From Marine Group II euryarchaeote MED-G33 (GTDB taxonomy: Archaea; Thermoplasmatota; Poseidoniia; Poseidoniales; Thalassarchaeaceae), in contig CATISE010000082.1 of assembly GCA_949538655.1 (NCBI GenBank), positions 1-45,004 of the forward strand: DNA of 45,004 nt, written 5' to 3'. Every line of letters starts with the position of its first letter. Within the stretch, counting starts at the first letter, position 1. Position numbers and translations under genes: made by a program. The notes under the pieces were generated by a model. It was not told where the DNA came from. It worked only from the letters and a program-made list of their open reading frames with translations, and made no database searches. Below are positions 8,912-17,286 of this stretch, piece after piece.

Positions 8912-9952
8912 TTAATCCATGCCGAATTCTTCAACGAGCAATCGTCGCATTAGTCGACGTGCCCCGTGAAGGACCATGGCTGCAAAGCACAAGGAAGCAC
9001 CGAGCATACCAATCCATGCAGCGGTAAGCCCTGGGCCTACGGAAAGAGAGACTGAACCATCGGTCAAACCCTCGACTTCATTGAGGGCTCGCATTCCGAT
9101 TGCTGCACCTGTTGCCAGCAGAGAAATACCTGGCAATCCGAAGAAGATCAATGGTTTCTTTTGAGATAGGGAAATCAGAGCGAAACTAAGTACTGTAAAT
9201 CCATGTGAAAGTGCTGTATAGCGGCTACCTTTGGGTACATCGTAGCGGATTTTGGTTGGTACTTCTGAAACTTTCAATTGTAGGTCATCACAAGCGTTGA
9301 GAATTTCGAGGCAGGATTCCATCCCTTCATGGTCGAAATTCAACCTCGCAAGTGCCTTGGGTCCGAATGCTCGGAAACCGCTTTGTGTATCCTTGATATT
9401 CAAATCACTGGAAAGGTTCGAAGCTGCCGTAATGACCTTGATCCCAAGCGCCCGATAAGTGGGCATACTTTCAGCGCCACCACCATCGACAAATCGAGAG
9501 CCGATGACAACATCTGTTTCACCAGCCAAAATAGGTGCGAGTAAGATGGGTATGTCACTTGCATCGTGCTGTCCATCACTGTCTAAGATGACAAGTGCCT
9601 TTGCACGACGTTCGACCGCCGTTTGAAAAATCGTCTTGAGAGCGCCACCATAGCCTCTATTGGCGCGATGATGGTGAACAGTTGCCCCCAACTTCCGTGC
9701 AATACGGGATGATGCATCGGATGAACCATCATCGACACAGAGTACTTCGTCGACCTGTGGTTTACATGAAAGAACGACGCTGCCAATGGTTTCTTCTTCA
9801 TTGAAAACGGGCATAGCCGCGATGATGGGTCCGTCCCAAACAATTGGTGTGGACCTCTCTTCGGACTTTCCATCCATGGCTTTTGGGTGAGATAAATTGC
9901 ATTTCAACACTTCCCTCACAATCTCGCCCACGGGCGAATATGAGGGGGTCAC
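8912..9952 (-). CDS. family-2 glycosyltransferase (dolichyl-phosphate hexose synthase-like) with C-terminal TM helices
   Basis: Motifs: PVFNEEETIG, CVDDGSSD, ILDSDGQHD (DXD) and TQSGFRAF. The hydrophobic C-terminal segments (LIFFGLPGISLLATGAAIG; LTAAWIGMLGASLCFAAMVL) match polyprenyl-phosphate GT2 enzymes. Confidence 0.85.
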   Translation of the reverse strand: MTPSYSPVGEIVREVLKCNLSHPKAMDGKSEERSTPIVWDGPIIAAMPVFNEEETIGSVVLSCKPQVDEVLCVDDGSSDASSRIARKLGATVHHHRANRGYGGALKTIFQTAVERRAKALVILDSDGQHDASDIPILLAPILAGETDVVIGSRFVDGGGAESMPTYRALGIKVITAASNLSSDLNIKDTQSGFRAFGPKALARLNFDHEGMESCLEILNACDDLQLKVSEVPTKIRYDVPKGSRYTALSHGFTVLSFALISLSQKKPLIFFGLPGISLLATGAAIGMRALNEVEGLTDGSVSLSVGPGLTAAWIGMLGASLCFAAMVLHGARRLMRRLLVEEFGMD

Positions 9953-9981
9953 CGGGGCAGGCGCCCCGGCGACATTTTTGT

Positions 9982-10254
9982 TTAATCAAAGATCAATTGG
10001 CTCACTGTTGTGACTGCACGATCTCCATCGATGACTTTACGCATTGCTGCGAGACTGATTACCAATGGTGCATAGGTTTGCCCATCTGCAGTGGTATATG
10101 TCTCACAATCTCCAAATGCATTGGTGTTAATCGAGACTTTGATCGCTCCTCCCGCATTACTCCTTCGTACATATCCGACCAGGAGGTTTGGGGTTACACC
10201 GTTTTCATCTGATTCATTCGTTTGCTTGCTATTTTCTATTTTTCTGGTTGCCAT
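9982..10254 (-). CDS. small conserved-looking hypothetical protein (90 aa)
   Basis: I trimmed the ORF to the internal ATG at 10254 (MATRKIENSKQTNESDENGVTPNLLVGYVRRSNAGGAIKVSINTNAF…). The longer track version (to 10410) would run into the epimerase start region. I recognise no family. Confidence 0.4.
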   Translation of the reverse strand: MATRKIENSKQTNESDENGVTPNLLVGYVRRSNAGGAIKVSINTNAFGDCETYTTADGQTYAPLVISLAAMRKVIDGDRAVTTVSQLIFD

Positions 10255-10436
10255 TATTTTCAACTCCAACCCACGTTTCCGGGGTAGAAAGGTGACTCGG
10301 AAGCGAAAGGCCACATCAATTTCGCTGAGGGGTGATAAATTTTGAAACTGATTCACTCCGCTTTGCGGAGAGAAAGTGAGTGAAATTGAAGATTCTTGTA
10401 AACGTGGCATTGAAGAACAACCCCTCTGTCGCGAAC

Positions 10437-11378
10437 ATGATGAATGTCCTCGTGACCGGTGGTGCCGGTTTCATAGGTTCACACCTGGTCGACCGCTTAG
10501 TTGCCCGGGGAGACAGCGTAACAGTATACGATAACATGAGCAGTGGGCGGCAAGAATTCGTCGCACATCATGGCGATTCAATCCGATTCATTGAGGAAGA
10601 CCTACTCGACCTTGATGCAGTGAAGGCTGCAATGGAGGGGATTGATCTTGTATTCCATCTCGCAGCAAATCCCGATATCCGCCTCGGTACACAAATTACC
10701 GACACAGATCTCAAACAGGGAACTGTAGCGACTTACAATGTCCTAGAAGCCATGCGCTGTGCAGGTGTCAAAGATATCGCATTCTCAAGCAGCAGCGTGG
10801 TCTATGGGGAGGCATCACAGATGCCGACACCTGAATCATATGGGCCATTGTTCCCCATCAGTTTGTATGGTGCTAGCAAATTGGGTTCAGAAGCCCTCAT
10901 CACCAGTTGGGTGGGGACATTTGGTCTGAAAGCATGGCTATTCCGCTTCGCAAATATCGTTGGTGCACGTGGTACACACGGCGTCATTTTTGACTTTATT
11001 CACAAATTAAAGTCTGATCCGAATCGACTTGAGGTGCTCGGAAATGGTCGCCAAGAAAAATCATACATGGAAGTCATAGATTGTGCCCATGCAATGGTTC
11101 ACCTGACTGAAACAACCAATGAGCAGGTCAACTGCTTCAATCTAGGGACTCACGATACTTGCAGCGTCCGTCGGATTGCTGAAATCGTTATTGAGGAAAC
11201 TGGATTTCAAAATGTCAGTATCGAATACACCGGTGGTGATCGTGGTTGGGCAGGCGATGTCCCGAAAACCATGCTTGATCCCGGCGCATTGTTTGAGACA
11301 GGTTTCAAACCGAATTTTAATTCGGAAGAAGCCATCCGCCATACAGCATCTACATTGATACAGGAGATTGGATTGTAA
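10437..11378 (+). CDS. NAD-dependent epimerase/dehydratase (UDP-sugar 4-epimerase family)
   Basis: Rossmann motif VLVTGGAGFIGSHLVDRL lies directly after the ATG at 10437 (the track start at 10380 is GTG). The catalytic YGASK (Y-x-x-x-K) is present. The TAA stop overlaps the next gene's ATG (TAATG). Confidence 0.85.
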   Translation: MMNVLVTGGAGFIGSHLVDRLVARGDSVTVYDNMSSGRQEFVAHHGDSIRFIEEDLLDLDAVKAAMEGIDLVFHLAANPDIRLGTQITDTDLKQGTVATYNVLEAMRCAGVKDIAFSSSSVVYGEASQMPTPESYGPLFPISLYGASKLGSEALITSWVGTFGLKAWLFRFANIVGARGTHGVIFDFIHKLKSDPNRLEVLGNGRQEKSYMEVIDCAHAMVHLTETTNEQVNCFNLGTHDTCSVRRIAEIVIEETGFQNVSIEYTGGDRGWAGDVPKTMLDPGALFETGFKPNFNSEEAIRHTASTLIQEIGL

Positions 11379-12082
11379 TGCAAACAACAGGAATTAACAC
11401 GAAATCATTGGCAGATGACGAAAACGCAGATGCTCGCATCAACTCATTTTTCACCATATCCGCCATTTTGACAGCAGTTCTAATCATCGTATGGACATTG
11501 GCACCACCAGCTGATATTGGTGTTGATGAGGGCCAACTCGCACCCAACATTGTTAGCGAAGCTCACGTCAATGGAAATTGGGAGGATTTCCGCTTGTATG
11601 ATTACATCAATCACACCTGGACACAGGGTGAACAAGGGACATTCATTTTCTTGCAATTCGCTGATACGGATTGTGGGCACTGCTGGTCAGATGCTGCACA
11701 GATGACTGCCCTCCATTCACAATTTGGAATAGGAGGTTCATCTTCACTTGACGATGTTGAATTCATCACCATCTCAGTTGGCATGCTCGATACAGACCAC
11801 AGTCGTGCGGAAACCGTTGCATTCCAAGAGAAAGGGGATTGGGATGGTTGCAATCGAAATAGCAACTGTGCATCACGTGGTGGAGAAGTACACAATTGGC
11901 CATATGTGGACGATTTGAATCTGCGGGCCTTCAACGATTACAATCCTCCAGGGGTCCCCTTCCATCTCATGCTATCTCCTGATGGAATTGTCGTCTGGAA
12001 TAGTGCTCTACACAAGGATGTCTCGGACCCTCTGTATGACCCTGGTGTTGCCATAGAGTACCATTTGACGGAGAGTGCTTGA
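11378..12082 (+). CDS. membrane-anchored thioredoxin-fold thiol:disulfide oxidoreductase (CGHC)
   Basis: N-terminal TM helix FFTISAILTAVLIIVWTL. Thioredoxin-fold active-site context FIFLQFADTDCGHCW. The gene is tightly packed between the epimerase and VKOR genes. Confidence 0.75.
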   Translation: MQTTGINTKSLADDENADARINSFFTISAILTAVLIIVWTLAPPADIGVDEGQLAPNIVSEAHVNGNWEDFRLYDYINHTWTQGEQGTFIFLQFADTDCGHCWSDAAQMTALHSQFGIGGSSSLDDVEFITISVGMLDTDHSRAETVAFQEKGDWDGCNRNSNCASRGGEVHNWPYVDDLNLRAFNDYNPPGVPFHLMLSPDGIVVWNSALHKDVSDPLYDPGVAIEYHLTESA

Positions 12083-12083
12083 A

Positions 12084-12719
12084 ATGAGTGATCCAATGAT
12101 GGAATATGGACCTCTGACCGTTTTCATGACCATCATGGCAATCGGAGGTTTGATCGCCAGTAATGTGAATATTTCACAACTCGAAGGGATGGGGCAAATG
12201 CGCCGTCGATTGTTGGGTCTATTCATTATACAGATGGGTGGATTGGCAGCCAGTGCATGGACTTGGATGATTCACAATGAAATGATTACAGGTGGTTCAC
12301 AATTCTGTGCGGCCGAGGGTGTAGTTCAATGTGGGTCTGTAATTGGGGATCCTGTTTACTCAGAATTCTTCGGAGTCCCATGGGGTGTCGTCGGAATCAT
12401 GGCATTCGGCGTACTGGGTTGGTTCACCTTTTCCGTCTACATGGACATGAAGGCTGATTGGGCCAAGTCATACGTCGATTACGCCTGGTGGTTGAGTCTG
12501 CCTAGTATCCCTGGTGTCGCTTGGTTGGTCATCGTTGAACTCACTCTTGTTGAAGGGGCACCTCACATCTGTCCATACTGCACCAGTGTTCACATCGCAC
12601 TTATTGCGTGTCTATACCTACTCTACACGATTCGATCGGAACGGGATGCAGGCAACTGGGATGATACTCCTCAAAAACTGTCCAAGTCCGAACTCCTTGC
12701 CAAAGCACGCAACAAGTAA
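12084..12719 (+). CDS. vitamin K epoxide reductase (VKOR) family membrane protein
   Basis: The ATG at 12084 lies 1 nt after the upstream stop (the track start at 12075 is GTG). VKOR hallmarks are a loop Cys pair (FCAAEGVVQCGS), the VYSEFFGVPWGVVG motif and the TM-embedded CPYC. There are 4-5 predicted TM helices. Confidence 0.8.
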   Translation: MSDPMMEYGPLTVFMTIMAIGGLIASNVNISQLEGMGQMRRRLLGLFIIQMGGLAASAWTWMIHNEMITGGSQFCAAEGVVQCGSVIGDPVYSEFFGVPWGVVGIMAFGVLGWFTFSVYMDMKADWAKSYVDYAWWLSLPSIPGVAWLVIVELTLVEGAPHICPYCTSVHIALIACLYLLYTIRSERDAGNWDDTPQKLSKSELLAKARNK

Positions 12720-13010
12720 TCACGGTTGGAAAGTGCCACCGATTTCAAAGAGTGCAACATCTGTTCGCATGTCTACCGGTTCCATTCGAACCACTGTCAC
12801 ATCTAATCGAGTCTCGGAAGCATACAGTGCACGCAGTGTATCATACAGTCTACTTTGGACATCTGACATTTGTGCTCCACGTAGAATCGTCACCATGCGG
12901 ATCGGATTTTCTTCGGGAAGCTCGACGATGTATTCGACGAGCCATTCACGATCGACTTGTGCGCCCCCTAGGCGCTCTTGTTCTTTCTCTTCAGGGATGT
13001 ACGCCATCAT
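12720..13010 (-). CDS. hypothetical protein (96 aa)
   Basis: The ORF lies directly downstream of, and co-directional with, the secreted thioredoxin-like gene. Composition is protein-like. I recognise no family. Confidence 0.4.
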   Translation of the reverse strand: MMAYIPEEKEQERLGGAQVDREWLVEYIVELPEENPIRMVTILRGAQMSDVQSRLYDTLRALYASETRLDVTVVRMEPVDMRTDVALFEIGGTFQP

Positions 13011-13101
13011 TGTATTATTGGCACTGACAGACTATCAATGCTTCGCAGTTTGCCGTTTACACAGATTTACGAGAGTATAATATATGTCCACTTTGATGGA
13101 A

Positions 13102-13989
13102 CTATTCTCGGCGCATGACCACCGTTGAACACACTAGTGCCAAAACCAGCAAAAACAAGGCTAAATTACCGTATTTTTCCGCTTTCAGGAGATTATCGCC
13201 ATTTGAAACCCCGATTACGCCACGGACCTCCTCATTAAGTTCGATAACCGTCACAAAACCATCTACTTCACCATAAGTTTCCAAAGTATACACCGAGATT
13301 CCTCCTTCACTGTACAAATTACCCATTGAGATGTCCCACCCATGCACTCCATCAAAAGAATCTAACACAGACCCATTTGGAGAAAATGAAATCATCTGAG
13401 TGGCAACGTCATGATGTACATCGATTCCGTTGTTGGCGATTTCACTGGTCATTTCTAGTGTTTCTAGCCTAAAGACAGTAATGATTGCATCAGACGGTAA
13501 ATCCTCATCGATATTGAGGTGGAACTGATGTGTGTCCTCGTGTGGCGAGTTTTCCCATGAATCCCACCACACATGCATTCCAATCCAATCAACGCGATCA
13601 CCTTCAGCAGAACGCAGTCCATTTTCAAGTAGAGATGGACTCACCATCCCTTCGAGTAAACCCTGCCCATCAAACCAAAATGCAGGCAATGAAACAGATT
13701 CGTTGGCTTGTTTTTGTGTTATCCGTTTTGTCGTAAGTGCACTACCGAATGGGTCGTGATCATCTGGATGTAAAGCAACCCTAACCATGCGACTAGAGTG
13801 ACTCTCGGTGAATTCTGTAACCCACGGGTCAACAGTTGCGCATGTATCACACCAAGTTGCAGTGTATTGTTCTAGAAGGACTGCATGCCCACCCGAAGCA
13901 GTTCGGGATTCATCAGCGATTCTCTGATCAGCAGTAATCATGGGTAGCAGAAATAGTATGGTGAGGGTGACGGCCATTCCCTTCTGCAT
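13102..13989 (-). CDS. secreted thioredoxin-like protein (WCDTC) with C-terminal membrane anchor
   Basis: Signal peptide MQKGMAVTLTILFLLPMITA. CxxC in a thioredoxin-like context (LLEQYTATWCDTCATVDPW). The C-terminus is a hydrophobic helix plus basic tail: NLALFLLVLALVCSTVVMRRE. Confidence 0.65.
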   Translation of the reverse strand: MQKGMAVTLTILFLLPMITADQRIADESRTASGGHAVLLEQYTATWCDTCATVDPWVTEFTESHSSRMVRVALHPDDHDPFGSALTTKRITQKQANESVSLPAFWFDGQGLLEGMVSPSLLENGLRSAEGDRVDWIGMHVWWDSWENSPHEDTHQFHLNIDEDLPSDAIITVFRLETLEMTSEIANNGIDVHHDVATQMISFSPNGSVLDSFDGVHGWDISMGNLYSEGGISVYTLETYGEVDGFVTVIELNEEVRGVIGVSNGDNLLKAEKYGNLALFLLVLALVCSTVVMRRE

Positions 13990-14056
13990 GGCCCAAGCGT
14001 TTCAAACGGGTCTCATTTACATATCCCGGGCTCGGCCCGGACAATGAGGGTGTGTC

Positions 14057-14854
14057 ATGAGTAAGCGCTGGTTTCAGGCTCATCAGCGCGATACGTGGCG
14101 TCGGCAGGCCCGTTCGAAGGGTTACCGGGCACGCTCAGCATTCAAACTCAAGCAAATTCAAGAAAAGTTCACTTTAATTCGTGAAGGTGATTTGGTTCTG
14201 GATGTAGGGTCCCATCCAGGGGGGTGGACACAAGTTTCAGTCGAAGAAACGGGGCCGAATGGTTTTGTCCTCGGTATCGACCTATTGGCCAGTGCTCCAG
14301 TTGAAGGTGCACAGATGATTATTGGTGATGTGACTGAAGAATCATCTCAAGATGAAATATTGGAACTATTACAGAATGGAATAAAGGTCAACGGGAAGCC
14401 TTTACCACCTGTGAATGAAGGGGAAACTCGTTTGTTCAATACCATCGTTTCAGATATTTCACCACGCTTGACTGGGCAGTATGATCGTGACCAAGCCATC
14501 TCACTCGAACTCGTCGCAATGGTTTTTGATTTCACCTTGCCATTGCTTCGGCCAGGGGGGGCTTTCGTGACCAAAATATTCCAAGGCACTGGGATTGAAG
14601 GAATTGTCAATGCAGCAAAGCAGCGTTTCTCAAGGGTGCAGAGATTTTCACCCGAGGCTTCACGTAATTCTTCTTCTGAGGTATTTTTAGTATGCAAAAA
14701 CAAACTCCCTCAGTCAAAGAAAGGTTCGAGAGGTACATCGGTAATGCAAGAATTAGACGTCCATCTTGAAAATGAAGGTATTATTCAACCGAAGGGCAAT
14801 GAGCCTGAAGAGGAGATCAAAAGCGGGTTCCGTCGTATTCCCAAGAAAGAGTGA
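14057..14854 (+). CDS. rlmE: 23S rRNA (uridine-2'-O)-methyltransferase RlmE/FtsJ
   Basis: The N-terminus …WRRQARSKGYRARSAFKLKQIQEKF…GDLVLDVGSHPGGWTQV matches the FtsJ/RrmJ SAM-binding signature. The family K-D-K-E catalytic tetrad was not individually located by eye. Confidence 0.9.
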   Translation: MSKRWFQAHQRDTWRRQARSKGYRARSAFKLKQIQEKFTLIREGDLVLDVGSHPGGWTQVSVEETGPNGFVLGIDLLASAPVEGAQMIIGDVTEESSQDEILELLQNGIKVNGKPLPPVNEGETRLFNTIVSDISPRLTGQYDRDQAISLELVAMVFDFTLPLLRPGGAFVTKIFQGTGIEGIVNAAKQRFSRVQRFSPEASRNSSSEVFLVCKNKLPQSKKGSRGTSVMQELDVHLENEGIIQPKGNEPEEEIKSGFRRIPKKE

Positions 14855-14922
14855 CACATTCACTTTCACTTACCTCCTATCAAAATGATGGTAGACTAAA
14901 GGCGCTCAGCTCCGTTGCTCTA

Positions 14923-14927
14923 AGGAG
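14923..14927 (+). promoter_or_regulatory. Shine-Dalgarno-like AGGAG 8 nt upstream of the ATG at 14936
   Basis: Read directly as taAGGAGttgaaaaaATG. Similar GGAGG/GAGG motifs lie 6-7 nt upstream of the ATGs at 15605 and 15423. Confidence 0.4.
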
Positions 14928-14935
14928 TTGAAAAA

Positions 14936-15352
14936 ATGTCTGTCAGTATGATTGAAACCCAAAGCAAGCCAGTAATTCGAAACCGCAATTTGTCCCATAA
15001 CAGTATCCTGAGACATGTAGGGATGCATCAAGCACGAAATCGTCCAGAGACGCCCCCACGTACCCGCATTGAAGATTTGATTGCCAATCGTCCAATCGGG
15101 AGAATTGAATTGCTCGTATTACGACGCTACCCACGTAGAACAGTGATGTCAAAGGGCTGGACTGGATCTATTGCCGCTGCTTGTGGCCGAGATGAAACTG
15201 GCCTCATCGGCCTCATATTATGGGGTGATCAAGTCGATCGGGTTAGAACTGGGGATATCATCCAAATTCGTGGTGGTTGGTGCCGTTACAGCCATGGTCA
15301 GAAGGTTATTTCCACTGGGAGGACGGGGAGTTTAACCATATTGGAAGCATGA
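14936..15352 (+). CDS. OB-fold nucleic-acid-binding protein (RPA/SSB-like single OB domain)
   Basis: The pattern IELLVLRRY…GSIAAACGRDETGLIGLILWGDQVDRVRTGDIIQIRGGW…STGRTGSLTI matches the D-E-T-G…L-W…G-D…I…G architecture of archaeal RPA-type OB folds. The N-terminus is basic. Confidence 0.55.
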   Translation: MSVSMIETQSKPVIRNRNLSHNSILRHVGMHQARNRPETPPRTRIEDLIANRPIGRIELLVLRRYPRRTVMSKGWTGSIAAACGRDETGLIGLILWGDQVDRVRTGDIIQIRGGWCRYSHGQKVISTGRTGSLTILEA

Positions 15353-15422
15353 TAGTGTGTTTGATGACCTTCGGTCAACCATATTAAGGAGAAGTCGGTC
15401 GCCGGCTCGCTGAGGAACTATT

Positions 15423-15590
15423 ATGCAGAAGCGCGCATCAACTTGCTCCGCCTCCGGTGTACCGTTGACGGACGCTAAGAGTACCTCATTCCCTTGTCCT
15501 AGTTGTGGCGAACCAATCGGCCGCTCCGAGCGATGCCGAAATCAGGCTGTAAACTACATTTGTCCAGAATGTGGATTTCAAGGGCCTTGA
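15423..15590 (+). CDS. Zn-ribbon protein (COG2888-type, usually upstream of aEF-1beta)
   Basis: 55-aa ORF, below the track cutoff: MQKRASTCSASGVPLTDAKSTSFPCPSCGEPIGRSERCRNQAVNYICPECGFQGP. It has CPSC and CPEC knuckles, and its position before ef1b is the usual archaeal synteny. Confidence 0.7.
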   Translation: MQKRASTCSASGVPLTDAKSTSFPCPSCGEPIGRSERCRNQAVNYICPECGFQGP

Positions 15591-15604
15591 ATGGAGGATT
15601 TCCC

Positions 15605-15877
15605 ATGGGTGAAGTTGCTGTCAAATACAAGATCATGTGCGACCCTAATGTCGACAATGCGAATGCGGATGACATTGCAAATGCCATGAACAGTATGGCA
15701 AGTGAAGTTGGCGTTGTACAAATGGTTGAGACCAAACCACTCGCCTTTGGACTGAAATTCGTAGAAGCCCACTGTGTAATTCAGGAAGGCGATGGTACCG
15801 TTGATGAATTTGAGGACGCGATCCGTGAAATCAATGGTGTCGGCGAAGTTGAAGTTCTAGAAATCGGTCGCCTTTGA
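15605..15877 (+). CDS. ef1b: translation elongation factor aEF-1 beta
   Basis: 90 aa from the ATG at 15605: MGEVAVKYKIMCDPNVDNA…ETKPLAFGLKFVEAHCVIQEGDGTVDEFEDAIREINGVGEVEVLEIGRL. This is the typical aEF-1beta length and sequence pattern. GGAGG lies 7 nt upstream. Confidence 0.9.
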   Translation: MGEVAVKYKIMCDPNVDNANADDIANAMNSMASEVGVVQMVETKPLAFGLKFVEAHCVIQEGDGTVDEFEDAIREINGVGEVEVLEIGRL

Positions 15878-15878
15878 T

Positions 15879-17285
15879 TCAGTATTGAGTCAATGGTGCT
15901 CGCATAAATTCGCGCATTAGAATGGTCGCGTATGTTCCACTAGGCAATGAGAATCTCAAGCGCAAACTGCATCCGTCTGGGTGCCACATTTCTCCATCTC
16001 TGGGACCTTCTGAAAATCGGTTTGACAAACTTTCACTGTCTACATCACCTGCTTCTTCAACACTGAATTCATCGAATGAAACCGTCAACGCTCTCCGACT
16101 TCCCTTTGACGTCAATCTGGGGATGCCCGAAACTTGCCAGTTCTCCTCGTCAAGATTCATTTCTACTAGAACCTGTTTCTCAATCTTCCCTGGCTTTGAA
16201 TCCGAATATACACTTTCAGCCCCTGGTAGTGCTGCAGTCACAGCCAAACGTCCACGCTTACAATTTCTCGCAATCCGTGGTAGGATACTGGATTCGACTT
16301 CAACCAATTTTGCCATGTCGATTTTACCATTGTCTTGAATCAAGCCAACAACATCCCCTTCGATCGGTTCTGAGAGTGTTAGTCCGGCATCCAATCTTGC
16401 CGCAATGATCCGATTGAAAGCTTCTGACTGAAGACTGTGGACCATCATTAGTTGCAAATTATTTGGAAGTTTTCGAAAAGCTCCAACCCAGTCTTCCTCT
16501 CGTTTTGCCAAATGTTTCAACATATCCCTTTCAAAACCCAGGTGTTGGGGTATAATTTCTAGACACTGATCTACGTCAGATGTTTCACGCCATAATGTTC
16601 GAAACGATTCCACCTCTGGTTGCTGATATATTCCGGCCATGCCAAGATATGCATCGACAGCCCCCTTCCAGTCATCTGCAATTACAGAACGTCCGACAAC
16701 AGGGGTGACCGGGCGTGTTGCTCCAAATCTTTGGGGTCCAATCCAGTTGGGGAATTTCCCTTCGCCCAACCTGGTTTCCATGTTCTCAAAAATCGTGTTG
16801 ACTCTGGCAATCGCGTCCTTTGCTTCCAAAGGTGTGCCATCAGAGTCAGCACATCCTCGAACAGTGATTGTGAATCGGTTGCTACTGTGATCACCAAATC
16901 CCAACTTCTGGTGGCTTCTACCCAAGATTTCGATTTCGACATCTGGCATGTCAATGGTAGCGACTTTTTTCTGTGGTGCATCGACCACAAGCAATTGAGT
17001 TGTAATTGCCCGTTTATCTTTCGTCCCACTAAACCAAATCCGATTTTTTGAGATTCCTAGTTTCCGAGCCAATTTGCCGACGAATCGATTTGTTTCCCAA
17101 TTTGTTAGGGTGACTCGAATGACAGTGAAACGGCCTTTGCCTTCCAAGGCAGGAGTTTTCCCAATCTCTTCAACACGGAAGTCCTCGAATCGAGATTTCA
17201 GTAAGCCACCAATCCCAATGCCATCACAAGCATATCCGGTTAGCCCACAGGCTGCCGCGATATCCGCGGGTGTCATTACAATCAC
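15879..17285 (-). CDS. truD: tRNA pseudouridine(13) synthase TruD/Pus7
   Basis: TruD signature FSGTKDKRAITTQ, and GIGGLLKSRFEDFRVEE near the N-terminus. The start is either GTG at 17285 or ATG at 17276. Confidence 0.9.
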   Translation of the reverse strand: MIVMTPADIAAACGLTGYACDGIGIGGLLKSRFEDFRVEEIGKTPALEGKGRFTVIRVTLTNWETNRFVGKLARKLGISKNRIWFSGTKDKRAITTQLLVVDAPQKKVATIDMPDVEIEILGRSHQKLGFGDHSSNRFTITVRGCADSDGTPLEAKDAIARVNTIFENMETRLGEGKFPNWIGPQRFGATRPVTPVVGRSVIADDWKGAVDAYLGMAGIYQQPEVESFRTLWRETSDVDQCLEIIPQHLGFERDMLKHLAKREEDWVGAFRKLPNNLQLMMVHSLQSEAFNRIIAARLDAGLTLSEPIEGDVVGLIQDNGKIDMAKLVEVESSILPRIARNCKRGRLAVTAALPGAESVYSDSKPGKIEKQVLVEMNLDEENWQVSGIPRLTSKGSRRALTVSFDEFSVEEAGDVDSESLSNRFSEGPRDGEMWHPDGCSLRLRFSLPSGTYATILMREFMRAPLTQY

Positions 17286-17286
17286 T

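Noticed and set aside
10380-10410. Overlap of the long track versions of the small minus ORF (to 10410) and the epimerase (from GTG 10380).
   Set aside because: The epimerase Rossmann motif begins right after the ATG at 10437. The small protein has an ATG at 10254 preceded by low-complexity sequence, so the shorter versions of both genes were preferred.
12514-13080. 188-aa plus-strand ORF spanning the VKOR 3' end and the 96-aa minus-strand gene.
   Set aside because: It is out of frame with VKOR, whose CPYC motif and last TM helix it would destroy. It has no recognisable motifs and is most likely spurious.
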